DNA of 64,000 nucleotides from Candidatus Eiseniibacteriota bacterium (GTDB lineage Bacteria > Eisenbacteria > RBG-16-71-46 > CAVPCR01), in assembly GCA_963702435.1 (NCBI GenBank), contig CAVPCR010000004.1, positions 224,001 through 288,000 on the forward strand, written 5' to 3'. Below the pieces are notes generated by a model. The model had not been told where the DNA came from and ran no database searches. It was given only the letters and a program-made list of their open reading frames with translations. Below, one piece after another: positions 31,722 to 42,787 of the stretch. Numbering within the stretch: position 1 is the first letter of the stretch; each line of letters opens with the position of its first letter. Both the position numbers and the translations under genes were made by a program.

Positions 31722-33281
31722 ATGGTTCGACGGAAGGCTGGTAGCAGGGGCAAGGAGACGACGGCCAACCTCGGGTTCGAAGCGAAGCTCTGGCAGGCAG
31801 CAGATGCCCTCCGCAACAACATGGACGCCGCGGAGTACAAGCACGTCGTCCTCGGCCTGATCTTCCTCAAGTACATCTCGGACGCGTTCGAGGCGCGGCA
31901 CGCGGAACTCGTGGCCGAGCGCGCCAAGGGCGCAGACCCCGAGGACCGGGACGAGTACGTCGCCGCGAATATCTTCTGGGTCCCCAAGGAGGCCCGCTGG
32001 TCTCATCTCAAGGCGAAGGCGCCGCAGCCGACAATCGGGAAGCTCGTTGACGACGCGATGACCGCGATCGAGCGCGACAACCCGACGCTTAAGAGCGTGC
32101 TGCCCAAGGAGTACGCCCGCCCCGGCCTCGACAAGGCGCGGCTCGGCCAACTCATCAACCTGGTGAGCGACATCGGTCTCGGGAGCCCGGCCGACCGCGC
32201 CAAGGACATCCTCGGCCGCGTGTACGAGTACTTCCTCGCCCAGTTCGCGAGCGCCGAGGGCAAGAAGGGCGGTCAGTTCTACACCCCATCCCGCGTGGTG
32301 CGGGTGCTGGTCGAGATGATCGCGCCTTACAAGGGTCGGGTGTACGACCCCTGCTGCGGCTCGGGCGGTATGTTCGTATCGAGCGAGAAGTTCATCGAGG
32401 TGCACAGGGGGAAGATCGGCGACATCTCGATCTACGGTCAAGAGTCGAACTACACGACCTGGCGCTTGGCCAAGATGAACCTCGCGATCCGGGGCATCGA
32501 CGCCCAGATCGCCCACGGGGACAGCTTCCACAACGACCAGCACCCCGACCTCAAGGCCGACTTTGTCCTCGCGAACCCGCCCTTCAACGACAGCGACTGG
32601 CGGGGCGACCTGCTCAGGGGCGATAAGCGGTGGACGTACGGACCGCCGCCCGCGGGAAACGCGAACTTCGCCTGGGTCCAGCACTTCATTTACCACCTCG
32701 CCCCGACCGGCATCGCTGGCTTCGTGCTCGCCAACGGGTCGATGTCGTCGAATCAGTCAGGGGAGGGGGAGATCCGAAAGGCCATCATCGAGGCGGACCT
32801 CGTCGACTGCATGGTGGCGCTCCCCGGCCAGCTCTTCTATTCGACCCAGATCCCGGTTTGCCTCTGGTTTCTGGCCCGCAACAAGAAGAACGGCCGCTTC
32901 AAGGACCGGCGCGGGCACACCTTGTTCATCGACGCGCGGAAGATGGGCACCCTGATCGACCGGGTCCATCGCGACCTCACTGACCAGGACGTGGCCAAGA
33001 TCGCGGGCACCTACCACGCCTGGCGCGGCGACAAGGGCGCGGGCGACTACGCCGACGTGCCCGGCTTCTGCATGGCCGCGAAACTCGACGACATCCGCAA
33101 GCATGGGCACGTGCTCACCCCCGGCCGCTACGTCGGGGCCGCGGCCGCGGAGGAAGACGACGAGCCCTTCGCCGAGAAGATGAAACGACTTACGGCGAGC
33201 CTGCACCAGCAGCAGGCCGAGGCCGCGAAGCTCGATGCCGTCATCGCCGCCAACCTGAAGGAGCTTGGGTATGGGGGGTGA
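31722..33281 (+). CDS. hsdM: Type I restriction-modification methyltransferase subunit
   Basis: [20 protein letters not shown]. Confidence 0.95.
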   Translation: MVRRKAGSRGKETTANLGFEAKLWQAADALRNNMDAAEYKHVVLGLIFLKYISDAFEARHAELVAERAKGADPEDRDEYVAANIFWVPKEARWSHLKAKAPQPTIGKLVDDAMTAIERDNPTLKSVLPKEYARPGLDKARLGQLINLVSDIGLGSPADRAKDILGRVYEYFLAQFASAEGKKGGQFYTPSRVVRVLVEMIAPYKGRVYDPCCGSGGMFVSSEKFIEVHRGKIGDISIYGQESNYTTWRLAKMNLAIRGIDAQIAHGDSFHNDQHPDLKADFVLANPPFNDSDWRGDLLRGDKRWTYGPPPAGNANFAWVQHFIYHLAPTGIAGFVLANGSMSSNQSGEGEIRKAIIEADLVDCMVALPGQLFYSTQIPVCLWFLARNKKNGRFKDRRGHTLFIDARKMGTLIDRVHRDLTDQDVAKIAGTYHAWRGDKGAGDYADVPGFCMAAKLDDIRKHGHVLTPGRYVGAAAAEEDDEPFAEKMKRLTASLHQQQAEAAKLDAVIAANLKELGYGG

Positions 33282-34436
33282 GTGGCGTTCATCCACGTGG
33301 GGCGAAGAGATCTCGCTGGAGTACGGCAAGGCTCTCCGCGGTTACGATGCCTCGCACGGCAAGTACCAGGTGTTCGGCTCCAATGGCCCGATCGGATGGA
33401 CCTCGCAGCCCCTCGCACCCGGCCCTGGGGTGATCCTCGGCCGCAAAGGGGCCTACCGGGGGGTCCGCTACTCGTCTGATCCGTTCTTCGTAATCGACAC
33501 GGCATACTATGTGGTGCCAAAGAACGAGTTCGAGATGCGATGGCTCTATTACGCGATCCAGCACTACAGACTTGGTGAGGTTGACGACGGGTCGCCGATC
33601 CCGTCGACGACGAGATCTGCCGTCTACGTGCTGGACCTTGAGGTCCCCCCCTCCCCGAGCAGCGCGCCATCGCGCACATCCTCGGCACGCTGGACGACAA
33701 GATCGAGTTGAACCGACGGATGAGCGCGACCCTGGAGGCGATCGCGCGGGCGCTGTTCAAGTCGTGGTTCGTGGACTTCGATCCGGTCCGCGCCAAGGCC
33801 GAGGGCCGCGACCCCGGCCTGCCCCAGCATCTCGCCGACCTGTTCCCGGACTCGTTCGAGGAGTCGGAGCTGGGGGAGATTCCGGTGGGGTGGGAGGTCA
33901 TGAACCTGGGGGACGTGGTAGAGCTTGCATACGGCAGGGCACTGAAGGAGGAGGAGCGGAGGGCTGGGCGAATCCCGGTATTCGGGTCCAACGGCCAGGT
34001 GGGCTGGCACGACGAGAAACTAGCCGACGGGCCCGGCGTTGTCGTCGGGCGCAAAGGCAACCCCGGAATCGTGACCTGGGCACCAACGGACTTCTACTGC
34101 ATCGACACCACCTTCTACGTAGTTCCAAAGGGCGACATCGACAGTCTCCTTCTCCTCTACTACGCGTTGTGCGATCACGACCTCGCTTCGCTGGGTGCAG
34201 ACTCCGCCGTCCCCGGTCTTAACAGAAATCTCGCATACATGAGCAAGCAGTTGATCCCGCCATCGGCCGTGGTGGCTGCCTTCGACAAATGTGCTACGCC
34301 TCTGTTTCGGCGGCGCTATCAAAGAGACGCGGAATCGACAACACTGGCCGCTTTACGCGACACCCTGTTGCCCAAGCTCATCTCGGGCGAGATCCGGGTA
34401 GACGACGCCGAACGCTTCCTCGCTGGTGGTTACTGA
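33271..34436 (+). CDS. hsdS: Type I R-M specificity subunit; -1 frameshift in poly-C at 33645-33651
   Basis: Two TRDs, (L)[20 protein letters not shown] spacer, [13 protein letters not shown]. Confidence 0.9.
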
Positions 34437-35593
34437 TGGCCGAACTCGATGCACTTGCGCCCAACTACCGGCGCGCCCAGCAGCGATGGTCGGGCGCCCC
34501 AATGCTGGCTGAGTGCTACGAGGCGTTGAACCTCTGCTTCTCTGGCCACGCACATGGGTTGGTCGAGCATGTCAAGTCGTTCCTAGAGAGCGTTTGCCTG
34601 ACGATCATGAGCGAGTACCGGCGAGAGATGCCGTCATCGACGCCAACCACGACCGAACTGCTGATCGCAGCACTTGCCGCGCTCGGGCTGGAGAATGCCA
34701 GGGGCACGAGCAGACTCGATAAGGTGCTCTCAGCCTTCAACAGGCTTGCTGACGCCCTCACCGAGATGCGCAATGAGCACGGCCCAGTGGCGCACGGCAA
34801 GGACGGGTTCCTCGACCCAGTTGCGGTAGACCACGCCCGAGCCTTCCTGCATACGGGCGATGCGATTCTCGGAGTTCTCCTCAATGCCCTAGAAGGCAAG
34901 CAGCCCGACCTAGTCGTGACTCGGGAGCCGTACGAGAGCTTCGCTCATTTCAACGAGCGCATCGATCGAGCGGTAAGTATCGAGGCCCGCATAGACGAAG
35001 ATGGCGCCAACCCCATCGTTGTCCTCTCGGTCGCAACTGGAATGCGCAGCGAAGCCATCGAGCTTCGTGCCGAACCGAGCCGGCTCCTCTATGGCATCGA
35101 CCGGGAGGCATACATCGAGGTGCTGAAGGCTAGCGGGCACGCGGTTGCCAGGGCCGAGGAGGAGGCAGAGAGTGAGGCGGCCGGTTCCGAAGGTGTCGAG
35201 GCCCCAGGTCTTGAGGTCGCTTCATCGCCGGGGCCGGTCGTGGAGCAAGTGACGGCTTACAAGGGGGTGCTTGAGACCGTTCGTTCCGGCGTGGAGGGGT
35301 TCCTTACCGCGGAGGGTCTGGATCCCGAAGCGGCCGGCGGGGGGGAGACACTGCTCATCGATTCGATATTGGCGACGGCCGAGCAGAACATGGCGTTGGA
35401 CTGGAAACGGCGCGAGGCGATCCAGGCGAGGCTCAAGGTTGCCTGCCGGCGCGTGTTGGTGCGGTTCGGCGTGGCCCCGGAGAAGGCCGCGGAGGTTGCT
35501 GAGCGTCTGGTCACCTGGTTTCGTGTGCAGGTGCCTGATCTCGCGACGACAGAGGCGGCCGCCCTTGCGGCTGCTGACGGGAGTCACTCGTGA
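34436..35593 (+). CDS. Abortive-infection C-terminal (Abi_C/HEPN-like) domain protein
   Basis: KSFLESVC..I, EMRNEHGPVAHGKD motif; coupled to hsdS (TGATG). Confidence 0.7.
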   Translation: MAELDALAPNYRRAQQRWSGAPMLAECYEALNLCFSGHAHGLVEHVKSFLESVCLTIMSEYRREMPSSTPTTTELLIAALAALGLENARGTSRLDKVLSAFNRLADALTEMRNEHGPVAHGKDGFLDPVAVDHARAFLHTGDAILGVLLNALEGKQPDLVVTREPYESFAHFNERIDRAVSIEARIDEDGANPIVVLSVATGMRSEAIELRAEPSRLLYGIDREAYIEVLKASGHAVARAEEEAESEAAGSEGVEAPGLEVASSPGPVVEQVTAYKGVLETVRSGVEGFLTAEGLDPEAAGGGETLLIDSILATAEQNMALDWKRREAIQARLKVACRRVLVRFGVAPEKAAEVAERLVTWFRVQVPDLATTEAAALAAADGSHS

Positions 35594-35633
35594 GCAACGT
35601 GTTCTGCGTCCGCGCTGAGGGGTTGGTGCGGGC

Positions 35634-38600
35634 TTGAGTGGGAGACTCTCCGAATCAGTTGTCGAGGAGGCAGCCCTCGACTGGCTGCGCGGACTCGGCT
35701 ACGCCACGGTGTTCGGCCCTGGGATCGACCCCGACGAACCGGGCGCGGAGCGTGCCGACTTCGACGAAGTCGTCCTTGCGAGGAGGTTAAAGGAGGCTCT
35801 TGCCCGCCTGAATCCGGGCGTGCCGGCCGACGCGCTCGACGAAGCGTTCCGGAAGCTCGCCAGGGCCGATGGCCCGACACTCCTCGCGACCAACCAGGGT
35901 GTCCACCACTGGCTCGTGGACGGGGTGACGGTCGAGTTCAAGCGGCGGGACGGGTCCATCGCGGGTGCCCCGGTCCGTGTCTTCGACTACGAGGACCCCG
36001 ACAACAACGACTGGCTCGCGGTCAACCAGTTCTCGGTCAAGGGCGGGCAACACGTCCGCCGGCCCGACATCGTCCTGTTCGTGAACGGCCTGCCGCTCGC
36101 GGTCCTCGAACTCAAGAACGCCGCGGACGAGAACGCCACGATTGGGACGGCGTTCCACCAGCTTGAAACGTACCAGGCCCAGATCCCCTCACTGTTCGTC
36201 TACAACACCGCGCTTGTGATCTCGGATGGCATGCAGGCCCGGATCGGCGTCCTCGGCGCGGGGCGGGAGTGGTTCAAGCCCTGGCGCACGATCACCGGCC
36301 GGGAGGTCGCTGCCTCAACCCTGATCGAGCTTCGGGTTGTGCTGGAAGGAGTGTTCGATCGCCGTTGGTTCCTCGACCTCATGCGGCACTTCGTTGTCTT
36401 CGAGGACATGGGCGGTGGGGTCCTGGTCAAGAAGATGGCCGGGTACCACCAGTTCCACGCGGTGAACGTCGCCGTCGAGGAGACGCTCCGTGCAGCCCAG
36501 GAGGCCCGCACCCAACGGGCAGCGGAGCCGCGGCGTCAGTACGAGGAGGGGCTCCGGTCGGGCGGCGAACCGGGGGATCGCCGGATCGGGGTCGTCTGGC
36601 ACACCCAAGGGTCTGGCAAGAGCCTGACCATGGCGTTCTACGCGGGCCGGATGATCCTCCACCCCGAGATGGAGAACCCGACGATCGTCGTCCTCACCGA
36701 CCGGAACGACCTCGACGGCCAACTCCACGGCACCTTCGCCCGCTGCCACGACCTCCTCCGCCAAGCGCCGGTCCAGGCGGAGAGCCGGGCTGACCTCCGC
36801 GCCAAGCTCCAGGTCGCCTCGGGCGGTGTCGTCTTCACGACGATCCAGAAGTTCTTCCCCGAGGAGCGGGGCGACCGGTACCCGGTTCTCTCCGAGCGGC
36901 GGAACATCGTGGTCATCGCCGACGAGGCGCACCGGAGCCAGTACGACTTCATCGACGGCTTCGCCCGGCACATGCGGGACGCACTCCCGAACGCGTCGTT
37001 CATCGGCTTCACCGGAACGCCCATCGAACTCACCGACAAGAACACGCGGGCAGTCTTCGGCGACTACATCAGCGTGTACGACATCAGGCAGGCGGTCGCG
37101 GACAAGGCCACGGTCCCCATCTACTACGAGAGCCGCCTCGCCAAGCTGGAGCTGAAGGAGTCCGAACGCCCGCGGATCGACCCCGAGTTCGAGGAGGTCA
37201 CCGAGGGCGAGGAGGTCGAGCGGAAGGAGAAGCTCAAGACCAAGTGGGCGCAGCTCGAAGCCGTCGTCGGGTCCGAGAAGCGCGTCCGGCTCATCGCCCG
37301 CGACCTGGTGGCGCACTTCGAGACCCGGCTCGCGGCCATGGAGGGCAAGGCCATGGTCGTCTGCATGAGCCGCCGGATCTGCGTCGACCTGTACCGGGAG
37401 ATCGTCACGCTCCGCCCTCGGTGGCATGGCGAGGGCGATGAGGCGGGCACGATCAAGGTGGTGATGACCGGTTCTGCCTCCGATCCCTTGGACTGGCAGG
37501 AGCACATCAGGAACAAACCGCGGCGGGAGGCGCTCGCCACGCGGTTCCGCGATCCCCTGGACCCGTTCCAGGTGGTCCTGGTCCGCGACATGTGGCTCAC
37601 CGGGTTCGACGCGCCGAGCCTCCACACCATGTACGTCGACAAGCCGATGCGGGGCCACGGGCTCATGCAGGCGATCGCCCGCGTGAACCGGGTCTTCCGG
37701 GATAAGCCCGGCGGGCTCGTGGTGGACTACCTGGGCCTCGCTCCCGAGCTGAAGGCGGCCCTCGCGACCTACACGCAGAGCGGCGGCACCGGGGAGACCG
37801 CCATCGATCAGGCCGCGGCCGTGGCGGCGATGCTTGAGAAGCACGAGGTGTGCCTCGGTCTCTTCCACGGCTTCGACTGGACACCGTGGACCACGGGGAA
37901 GCCCACGGACCAGGTCGCGCTCCTGCCCCTCGCCCAGGAGCACATCCTCGCCCAGAAGGACGGCAAGGCCCGGCTGCTGCCGGCGGTCACCGCACTCTCG
38001 CAGGCGTTCGCGTTGGCCATACCGCACGAGGAGGCGCTCCGCATCCGGGACGATGTGGGCTTCTTCCAGGCCGTGCGCTCCGTCCTGGCCAAAAGCGAGC
38101 CCGGAGAGCGGCGGTCGGATGAGGAACTCGACCTCGCCATCCGGCAAATCGTGTCCAGGGCCGTCGTCTCCGACCAAGTCATCGACATCTTCGCTGCGGC
38201 CGGGCTCCAGAAGCCGGACATCTCGATCCTCTCGGACGAGTTCCTGGCCGAGGTGCGCGGCATGCCGCACCCGAATCTCGCGGCCCGCCTCCTGGAGAAG
38301 CTCCTCTCGGACGAGATCAAGGGCCGGTCACGCCGGAACGTAGTCCAGGCTCGCTCCTTCGCCGAGCTTCTCGAACAGACGGTGCGCCGCTACCAGAGCC
38401 GGGCGATCGAGGCGGCCCAGGTGATCGAGGAACTGATCCGCTTGGCCAAGGAGATGAGGAACGCGGATCGGCGGGGCCAGGATCTCGGGTTGACCGAGGA
38501 CGAACTCGCTTTCTACGACGCGCTGGAGACCAACGACAGCGCGGTCAAGGTGCTCCGCGACGAGACCCTTCGCGACATCGCCCGCGAATTGGTCGTCGCC

Positions 38601-38777
38601 GTCCGCCAGAACGTGACGATCGACTGGACCGTGCGCGAGAACGTCCGGGCCAACCTCCGGGTGATCGTCAAGCGCATCCTCCGAAAGCACGGCTACCCGC
38701 CGGACAAGCAGGAGCGGGCCACCCTCACCGTGCTTGAGCAGGCGGAGGTGTTGTCGGAGGGGTGGGCGATGGCGTAG
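35634..38777 (+). CDS. hsdR: Type I R-M restriction subunit
   Basis: [51 protein letters not shown]. Confidence 0.95.
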   Translation: MSGRLSESVVEEAALDWLRGLGYATVFGPGIDPDEPGAERADFDEVVLARRLKEALARLNPGVPADALDEAFRKLARADGPTLLATNQGVHHWLVDGVTVEFKRRDGSIAGAPVRVFDYEDPDNNDWLAVNQFSVKGGQHVRRPDIVLFVNGLPLAVLELKNAADENATIGTAFHQLETYQAQIPSLFVYNTALVISDGMQARIGVLGAGREWFKPWRTITGREVAASTLIELRVVLEGVFDRRWFLDLMRHFVVFEDMGGGVLVKKMAGYHQFHAVNVAVEETLRAAQEARTQRAAEPRRQYEEGLRSGGEPGDRRIGVVWHTQGSGKSLTMAFYAGRMILHPEMENPTIVVLTDRNDLDGQLHGTFARCHDLLRQAPVQAESRADLRAKLQVASGGVVFTTIQKFFPEERGDRYPVLSERRNIVVIADEAHRSQYDFIDGFARHMRDALPNASFIGFTGTPIELTDKNTRAVFGDYISVYDIRQAVADKATVPIYYESRLAKLELKESERPRIDPEFEEVTEGEEVERKEKLKTKWAQLEAVVGSEKRVRLIARDLVAHFETRLAAMEGKAMVVCMSRRICVDLYREIVTLRPRWHGEGDEAGTIKVVMTGSASDPLDWQEHIRNKPRREALATRFRDPLDPFQVVLVRDMWLTGFDAPSLHTMYVDKPMRGHGLMQAIARVNRVFRDKPGGLVVDYLGLAPELKAALATYTQSGGTGETAIDQAAAVAAMLEKHEVCLGLFHGFDWTPWTTGKPTDQVALLPLAQEHILAQKDGKARLLPAVTALSQAFALAIPHEEALRIRDDVGFFQAVRSVLAKSEPGERRSDEELDLAIRQIVSRAVVSDQVIDIFAAAGLQKPDISILSDEFLAEVRGMPHPNLAARLLEKLLSDEIKGRSRRNVVQARSFAELLEQTVRRYQSRAIEAAQVIEELIRLAKEMRNADRRGQDLGLTEDELAFYDALETNDSAVKVLRDETLRDIARELVVAVRQNVTIDWTVRENVRANLRVIVKRILRKHGYPPDKQERATLTVLEQAEVLSEGWAMA

Positions 38778-38824
38778 GTGGGGTCCGCGCAGAAACACAG
38801 AGCCCGTCCCGGAAGGAGAAAGCA

Positions 38825-39208
38825 ATGCGATTCGTGATCCTCTCTTTTGTTGCTCTCGTCCTTCTCGCCACGCCGGCCGCCGCGGAGAACCCGGACGGGC
38901 CCCCGGGGCTCCTCACCATTCGCGCCGATTATTCCGGCCTTGTCGGGTGGGATGTAGAAACTGGCCGCGGAGCCGCGAGCACCCTTACGGACCTTGGGGA
39001 CAGGGCCATCTTGGTGGAAGCAATCGTGCCCGTGACGTGGCTGCTATCCCTGGAGGGAGGGGTCACGTTTCACGAATCCAAAGAGACGTACCTCAGCGGC
39101 TTTGATTTCGTTCATTCTCGCTACCACGTGAACTTCGGCGCTCGCTTCCACCTACCGCTAACCGACCGTGCTAAGAAGACCCTTCAAGCGCGTGACGGCC
39201 AGGAATGA
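38825..39208 (+). CDS. Small secreted beta-strand-rich (outer-membrane-like) protein
   Basis: Signal peptide MRFVILSFVALVLLATPAAA; alternating strands ending NFGARFHL. Confidence 0.6.
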   Translation: MRFVILSFVALVLLATPAAAENPDGPPGLLTIRADYSGLVGWDVETGRGAASTLTDLGDRAILVEAIVPVTWLLSLEGGVTFHESKETYLSGFDFVHSRYHVNFGARFHLPLTDRAKKTLQARDGQE

Positions 39209-39366
39209 GCCTGCAAAGCCGCTTCAGGGAAAGCTTCGAATCGAGTCCGGTCATCAGCGCTCCACGATCCGGCGAGCCGGGAGCGACGACTTGACCGCAT
39301 CGCCCCGGGACTCGCATCCTGCTTGCCGGGCAGCCGCAGATGCCGGAAGACGGGGAGTTAACGAGC

Positions 39367-39867
39367 ATGCCGAAAGGCCAACGCCGCTACACCGACGCGC
39401 AACGAGAAGAGGCCGTCCGTCGGGTCAGGGCGGGCAAGACCATGTACGCCGTCGCGAAAGAGATGGGGATTCCGTACTCGACCGTCGAAACCTGGGTGAA
39501 ACGCGGATGGCCGGAGCCGCGCTACAGCGACGCGGTGAAAGACGAGGTCGTGCGGCGCGTGCGGGCTGGCGAGAATAGAGCGGCGGTCGCACGCGACACC
39601 GGCATACGGTACGAGACGATCGTCTACTGGATGCGGACGCGGGGGAGGGGAGGCACGGGCAGCACGCCTGGCACGGAAGGCCGGGCCGCCAGTCTCAAGG
39701 CCATGGAGGAGGCGGCGCGGCGGCTGGCGGCCGTGTCAGGCGGTGACGCCGTCTCCTGGGATCTCGTCGGCGACGTGCTCGTCCTTCGGATCCCGCTTGG
39801 CCGCGTGGCACGACGGGCGGCGGCGCTCAAGGTGCTGGCCGCGATCAAGCGGGAGATGGGACGGTAG
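39367..39867 (+). CDS. Tandem HTH (transposase-type HTH) DNA-binding protein
   Basis: RYTDAQREEAVRRV..VAKEMGI..TVETWV repeated as RYSDAVKDEVVRRV..VARDTGI..TIVYW. Confidence 0.7.
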   Translation: MPKGQRRYTDAQREEAVRRVRAGKTMYAVAKEMGIPYSTVETWVKRGWPEPRYSDAVKDEVVRRVRAGENRAAVARDTGIRYETIVYWMRTRGRGGTGSTPGTEGRAASLKAMEEAARRLAAVSGGDAVSWDLVGDVLVLRIPLGRVARRAAALKVLAAIKREMGR

Positions 39868-39931
39868 CGGCGAGTGCGCCTGGTCGCCATCGAGTTCCGC
39901 CGCAGATGGGCGCCGATCCGATAATCAAGTT

Positions 39932-40469
39932 CTAGTAGTGGTTCTTGATCTCACCCCATGTGCTTGGGTCAATCGTAGTCGTTTGCCACTGCCCGCAGAA
40001 TGCAAAGAGACTCGGCTCCTCTGGCCTGCCTTGATACACACGACCATCTTGCGTGATGGCCCAGCACCCGCCATAGCCCGTGCCATCTCGATCCGATGCC
40101 CATTCCCACGAACGGACCTGCGAATGGTATCGTTCCCACAAGAGTCCAGTTTCCGCAGTTCATGGGATCGGCGTGCCAGATAGCCCCGTCCATCGTCAAT
40201 GCGTAGAGCCACAAGGTCGTCCTGGTCACATCGACAATGGGCTCCTGGCCCGGAGGTCGGCCGCAGAAGACCATCTCGCAAGCGCCCTCCGGCTCAGGAA
40301 ACAAATCGAAGTAGATTCCCCCGCCATCGTCGAGGCCCATGAAGTACGGATAATCTCCACCGTACTGAAGCGGGGACTGTTTGAGTGCGATGATCTGGCT
40401 GGCTGGCGCCGGCACGGTGCTGAGAACCGGGGCCAGGAGCAGGAGCCCAACTGCGACGGTGAGTTTCAT
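39932..40469 (-). CDS. Secreted protein with WGxIK tail (one frameshift near 40090)
   Basis: GGAGG RBS, signal peptide MKLTVAVGLLLL; second frame ends IDPSTWGEIKNHY. Confidence 0.65.
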
Positions 40470-40620
40470 TGGCGACCTCCGCCTTTCATGGAATGCCGGG
40501 TGAGGACCCCACGAGGATACACCCACGAGGCCGCGTCCGCACGGGGGCGTGACCGAGCGCACGGAGTGCTCGGATGGCTACCGTTGCGTGAGGAGGGCTA
40601 TATCCTCGCCGCGACGGAAT

Positions 40621-41205
40621 TCAGCACTCCATGCCGCGCAGGCGGTCGTACATCTCCTGGTCGCTCGGATGGGTGTAGATCACGGTCGTGAGCGGGCTCG
40701 CGTGCCGGGCGAACCGCTGGGCGAGGAAGAGGTCGTGCGTCGCACGGTAGACCTGGCTGACGGCGCTGTGCCGTCAAGCAGTGGAAGTTGTACAGCCGCG
40801 AGAACCCGGCGACGACCTGCCACGCGCGGAACGTGACTTGGACCCGGCGCTTCGAGATTCGCCTCCGTCCCTGGTTGCAGAAGAGCGGGGCCGAGGGGTC
40901 GAGGCGCTCGCGGTGGGCCTGCTTGTGGAGCCAGAAGTGCGCGAGCTTGGTGACCAGCGCGTCGGGCAGAAACACGTCGCCGGCTCGCCCGCCCTTCGAG
41001 ATCTCGCGACGTAGCCTGACCCGCGTGCGCGGCGTGCCGTCGTCGAAAACACGTCCCCGACGTTCAAGCCGACGATCTCGCCCAGCTGGAGGCCGGTGCC
41101 GAGGGCGAGGGAGAACACGGTGTGGTCGCGGGGGTTGGCGGCGGTGGCGCGCAGGAGAGCGTGCTGCTCGGCGGCGGTGAAAGTCGGTGGACTGAGGTAG
41201 GGCAT
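40621..41205 (-). pseudogene. Minimal catalytic-domain-only tyrosine recombinase, two frameshifts and an R>Q change
   Basis: RDHTVFSLALGTGLQLGE, SKGG, FHCL/RHS, ARHASPLTTVIYTH. Confidence 0.8.
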
Positions 41206-41574
41206 GGATCGCCTCGCTGGATGACGGCAACGAGCCAAGGGTCCTCGCTGGCGAAGGGAAGATCAAGCCTGCAACGGGTCACCTGCCAGGCTGTCGCGCG
41301 GGCACTCTGCGCTCAGGGCCAGGAGGGCGCGCTGCTCGGCGGCGGTCAGGGTCGGCGGAGTAATTGGGCACGACGCCCTGCGGCGTCGGGCGCCACCGCG
41401 GAGCTATCGCCTCCCCGCGGGAAGATCGAGCTTTCCGGGGACGTCGGGGATGGTGGCCGACGCCGAACTCGTGTAGAATCGTTCTCAGATGGCGGACCAC
41501 GTATACGGCAGTCCGTCCGCTCACGTGAATTGGGGGTCTGCCAGGAGCCTCAGGCCAATAGCATTGGAAGTCGA

Positions 41575-42702
41575 ATGGCACCGGAAGTGATAAACACGAC
41601 CATCGTGGGACGCGTTTCTGCCACTCTCGTTGCACACGAGATAGAAAGAGCGATCGGCGAGACAAAGTCCAGTATTAGGCGAGAGTTCCGAACTGCCTCA
41701 AGTGACCTCCTTGCCTGCTTAGCACAGGGGTCGACCGAGGGTCCCTACTTCAAGGACGCACTTAGGAGGACCATCCTGTCCTGGGAGAAATGGGCGGTAG
41801 TCAGCCGCCGCTCATGGCATAATCGCGGCTTCTGGCGAGTTGGGCCAATTCTCGATGACATCGATGGGTCCTGGCAGACAGTCTGCGCCATGGCGACAGT
41901 CATCTCCCTTATGCCTTACGGCGGCAATCAGCAAGCTCTCGCCTACATTAATAGGCTCTTCGAGTGCGCCAAGACACCCGAGCAGCGACTTCTGATCTAT
42001 CGTCTCGACGCTGCTATTTCCAACCGCATTGACAATTATCGTCGCGTGATAACAGCTTGTGAGCAGTACTTGGGAAGCTGCGATGTGAAATGTCTTTCAG
42101 ATCCTGTGACAAATCCAATGAAGATTCCGCGTCTCCGACGGCCTGCATTGATTTCTGGTTCTTACTATGACGCACTGCCGGACGAGCAGTTGAAGAACGT
42201 GCCCTTAGACTACGTTCCATCTCCCTTGCGCTACTACTCTCTTGCGATCGCGAAGAGGAATCTAAGTGAAGGAAGTCGATCGGTGCCAGCCATCGTGCTG
42301 CGTGGGGCCACAAGAGGTCGCAATCCAGGGTTGGAATCCATATACTGCTATTATATCGGGGTAACTAGAGGGCTAAACGCGCAACAGCAAGCTGCCCGAG
42401 AGGCACTAGATCAAGAATGGGTCACCAGGGGCAGCCTGCCTGGAGGTCATCGCGCATTTCTGCTCGCTGAGTTCATGTTGATGGCCGGAGACTACGATCG
42501 AGCAGCCGTTTTTTTCGACATCTCATCGCAAGACGACTCAGGGGTGTTCCGGGCCTCCCTGGGGGATCCCCCTGTGCAACTGCTGCTAGGGGCCAGCGGC
42601 TGCAATCACTATGGGCATTCAGTAGAGAAATTGAAAGCAACCCTCGTTGAACTGTTGGCCAGGTGTGAAGCTCAAAGCCGCAACAGACTCCCAACCGGAT
42701 GA
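41575..42702 (+). CDS. Hypothetical helical protein (start uncertain)
   Basis: Long lower-GC ORF; TPR-like segment FLLAEFMLMAGDYDRAAVFF. Confidence 0.55.
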   Translation: MAPEVINTTIVGRVSATLVAHEIERAIGETKSSIRREFRTASSDLLACLAQGSTEGPYFKDALRRTILSWEKWAVVSRRSWHNRGFWRVGPILDDIDGSWQTVCAMATVISLMPYGGNQQALAYINRLFECAKTPEQRLLIYRLDAAISNRIDNYRRVITACEQYLGSCDVKCLSDPVTNPMKIPRLRRPALISGSYYDALPDEQLKNVPLDYVPSPLRYYSLAIAKRNLSEGSRSVPAIVLRGATRGRNPGLESIYCYYIGVTRGLNAQQQAAREALDQEWVTRGSLPGGHRAFLLAEFMLMAGDYDRAAVFFDISSQDDSGVFRASLGDPPVQLLLGASGCNHYGHSVEKLKATLVELLARCEAQSRNRLPTG

Positions 42703-42787
42703 AGCACCTCCCCCGCCCTCGCCCACGCGTAGCCCTCACTCGCTCGCGAAGTCAAGACGCGCACGGCAGGATACCACGGCAGAACGG

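Noticed and set aside
25302..41205. Integron cassette array driven by the tyrosine recombinase
   Set aside because: No repeated attC-like sites between cargo genes; the recombinase is too short for IntI
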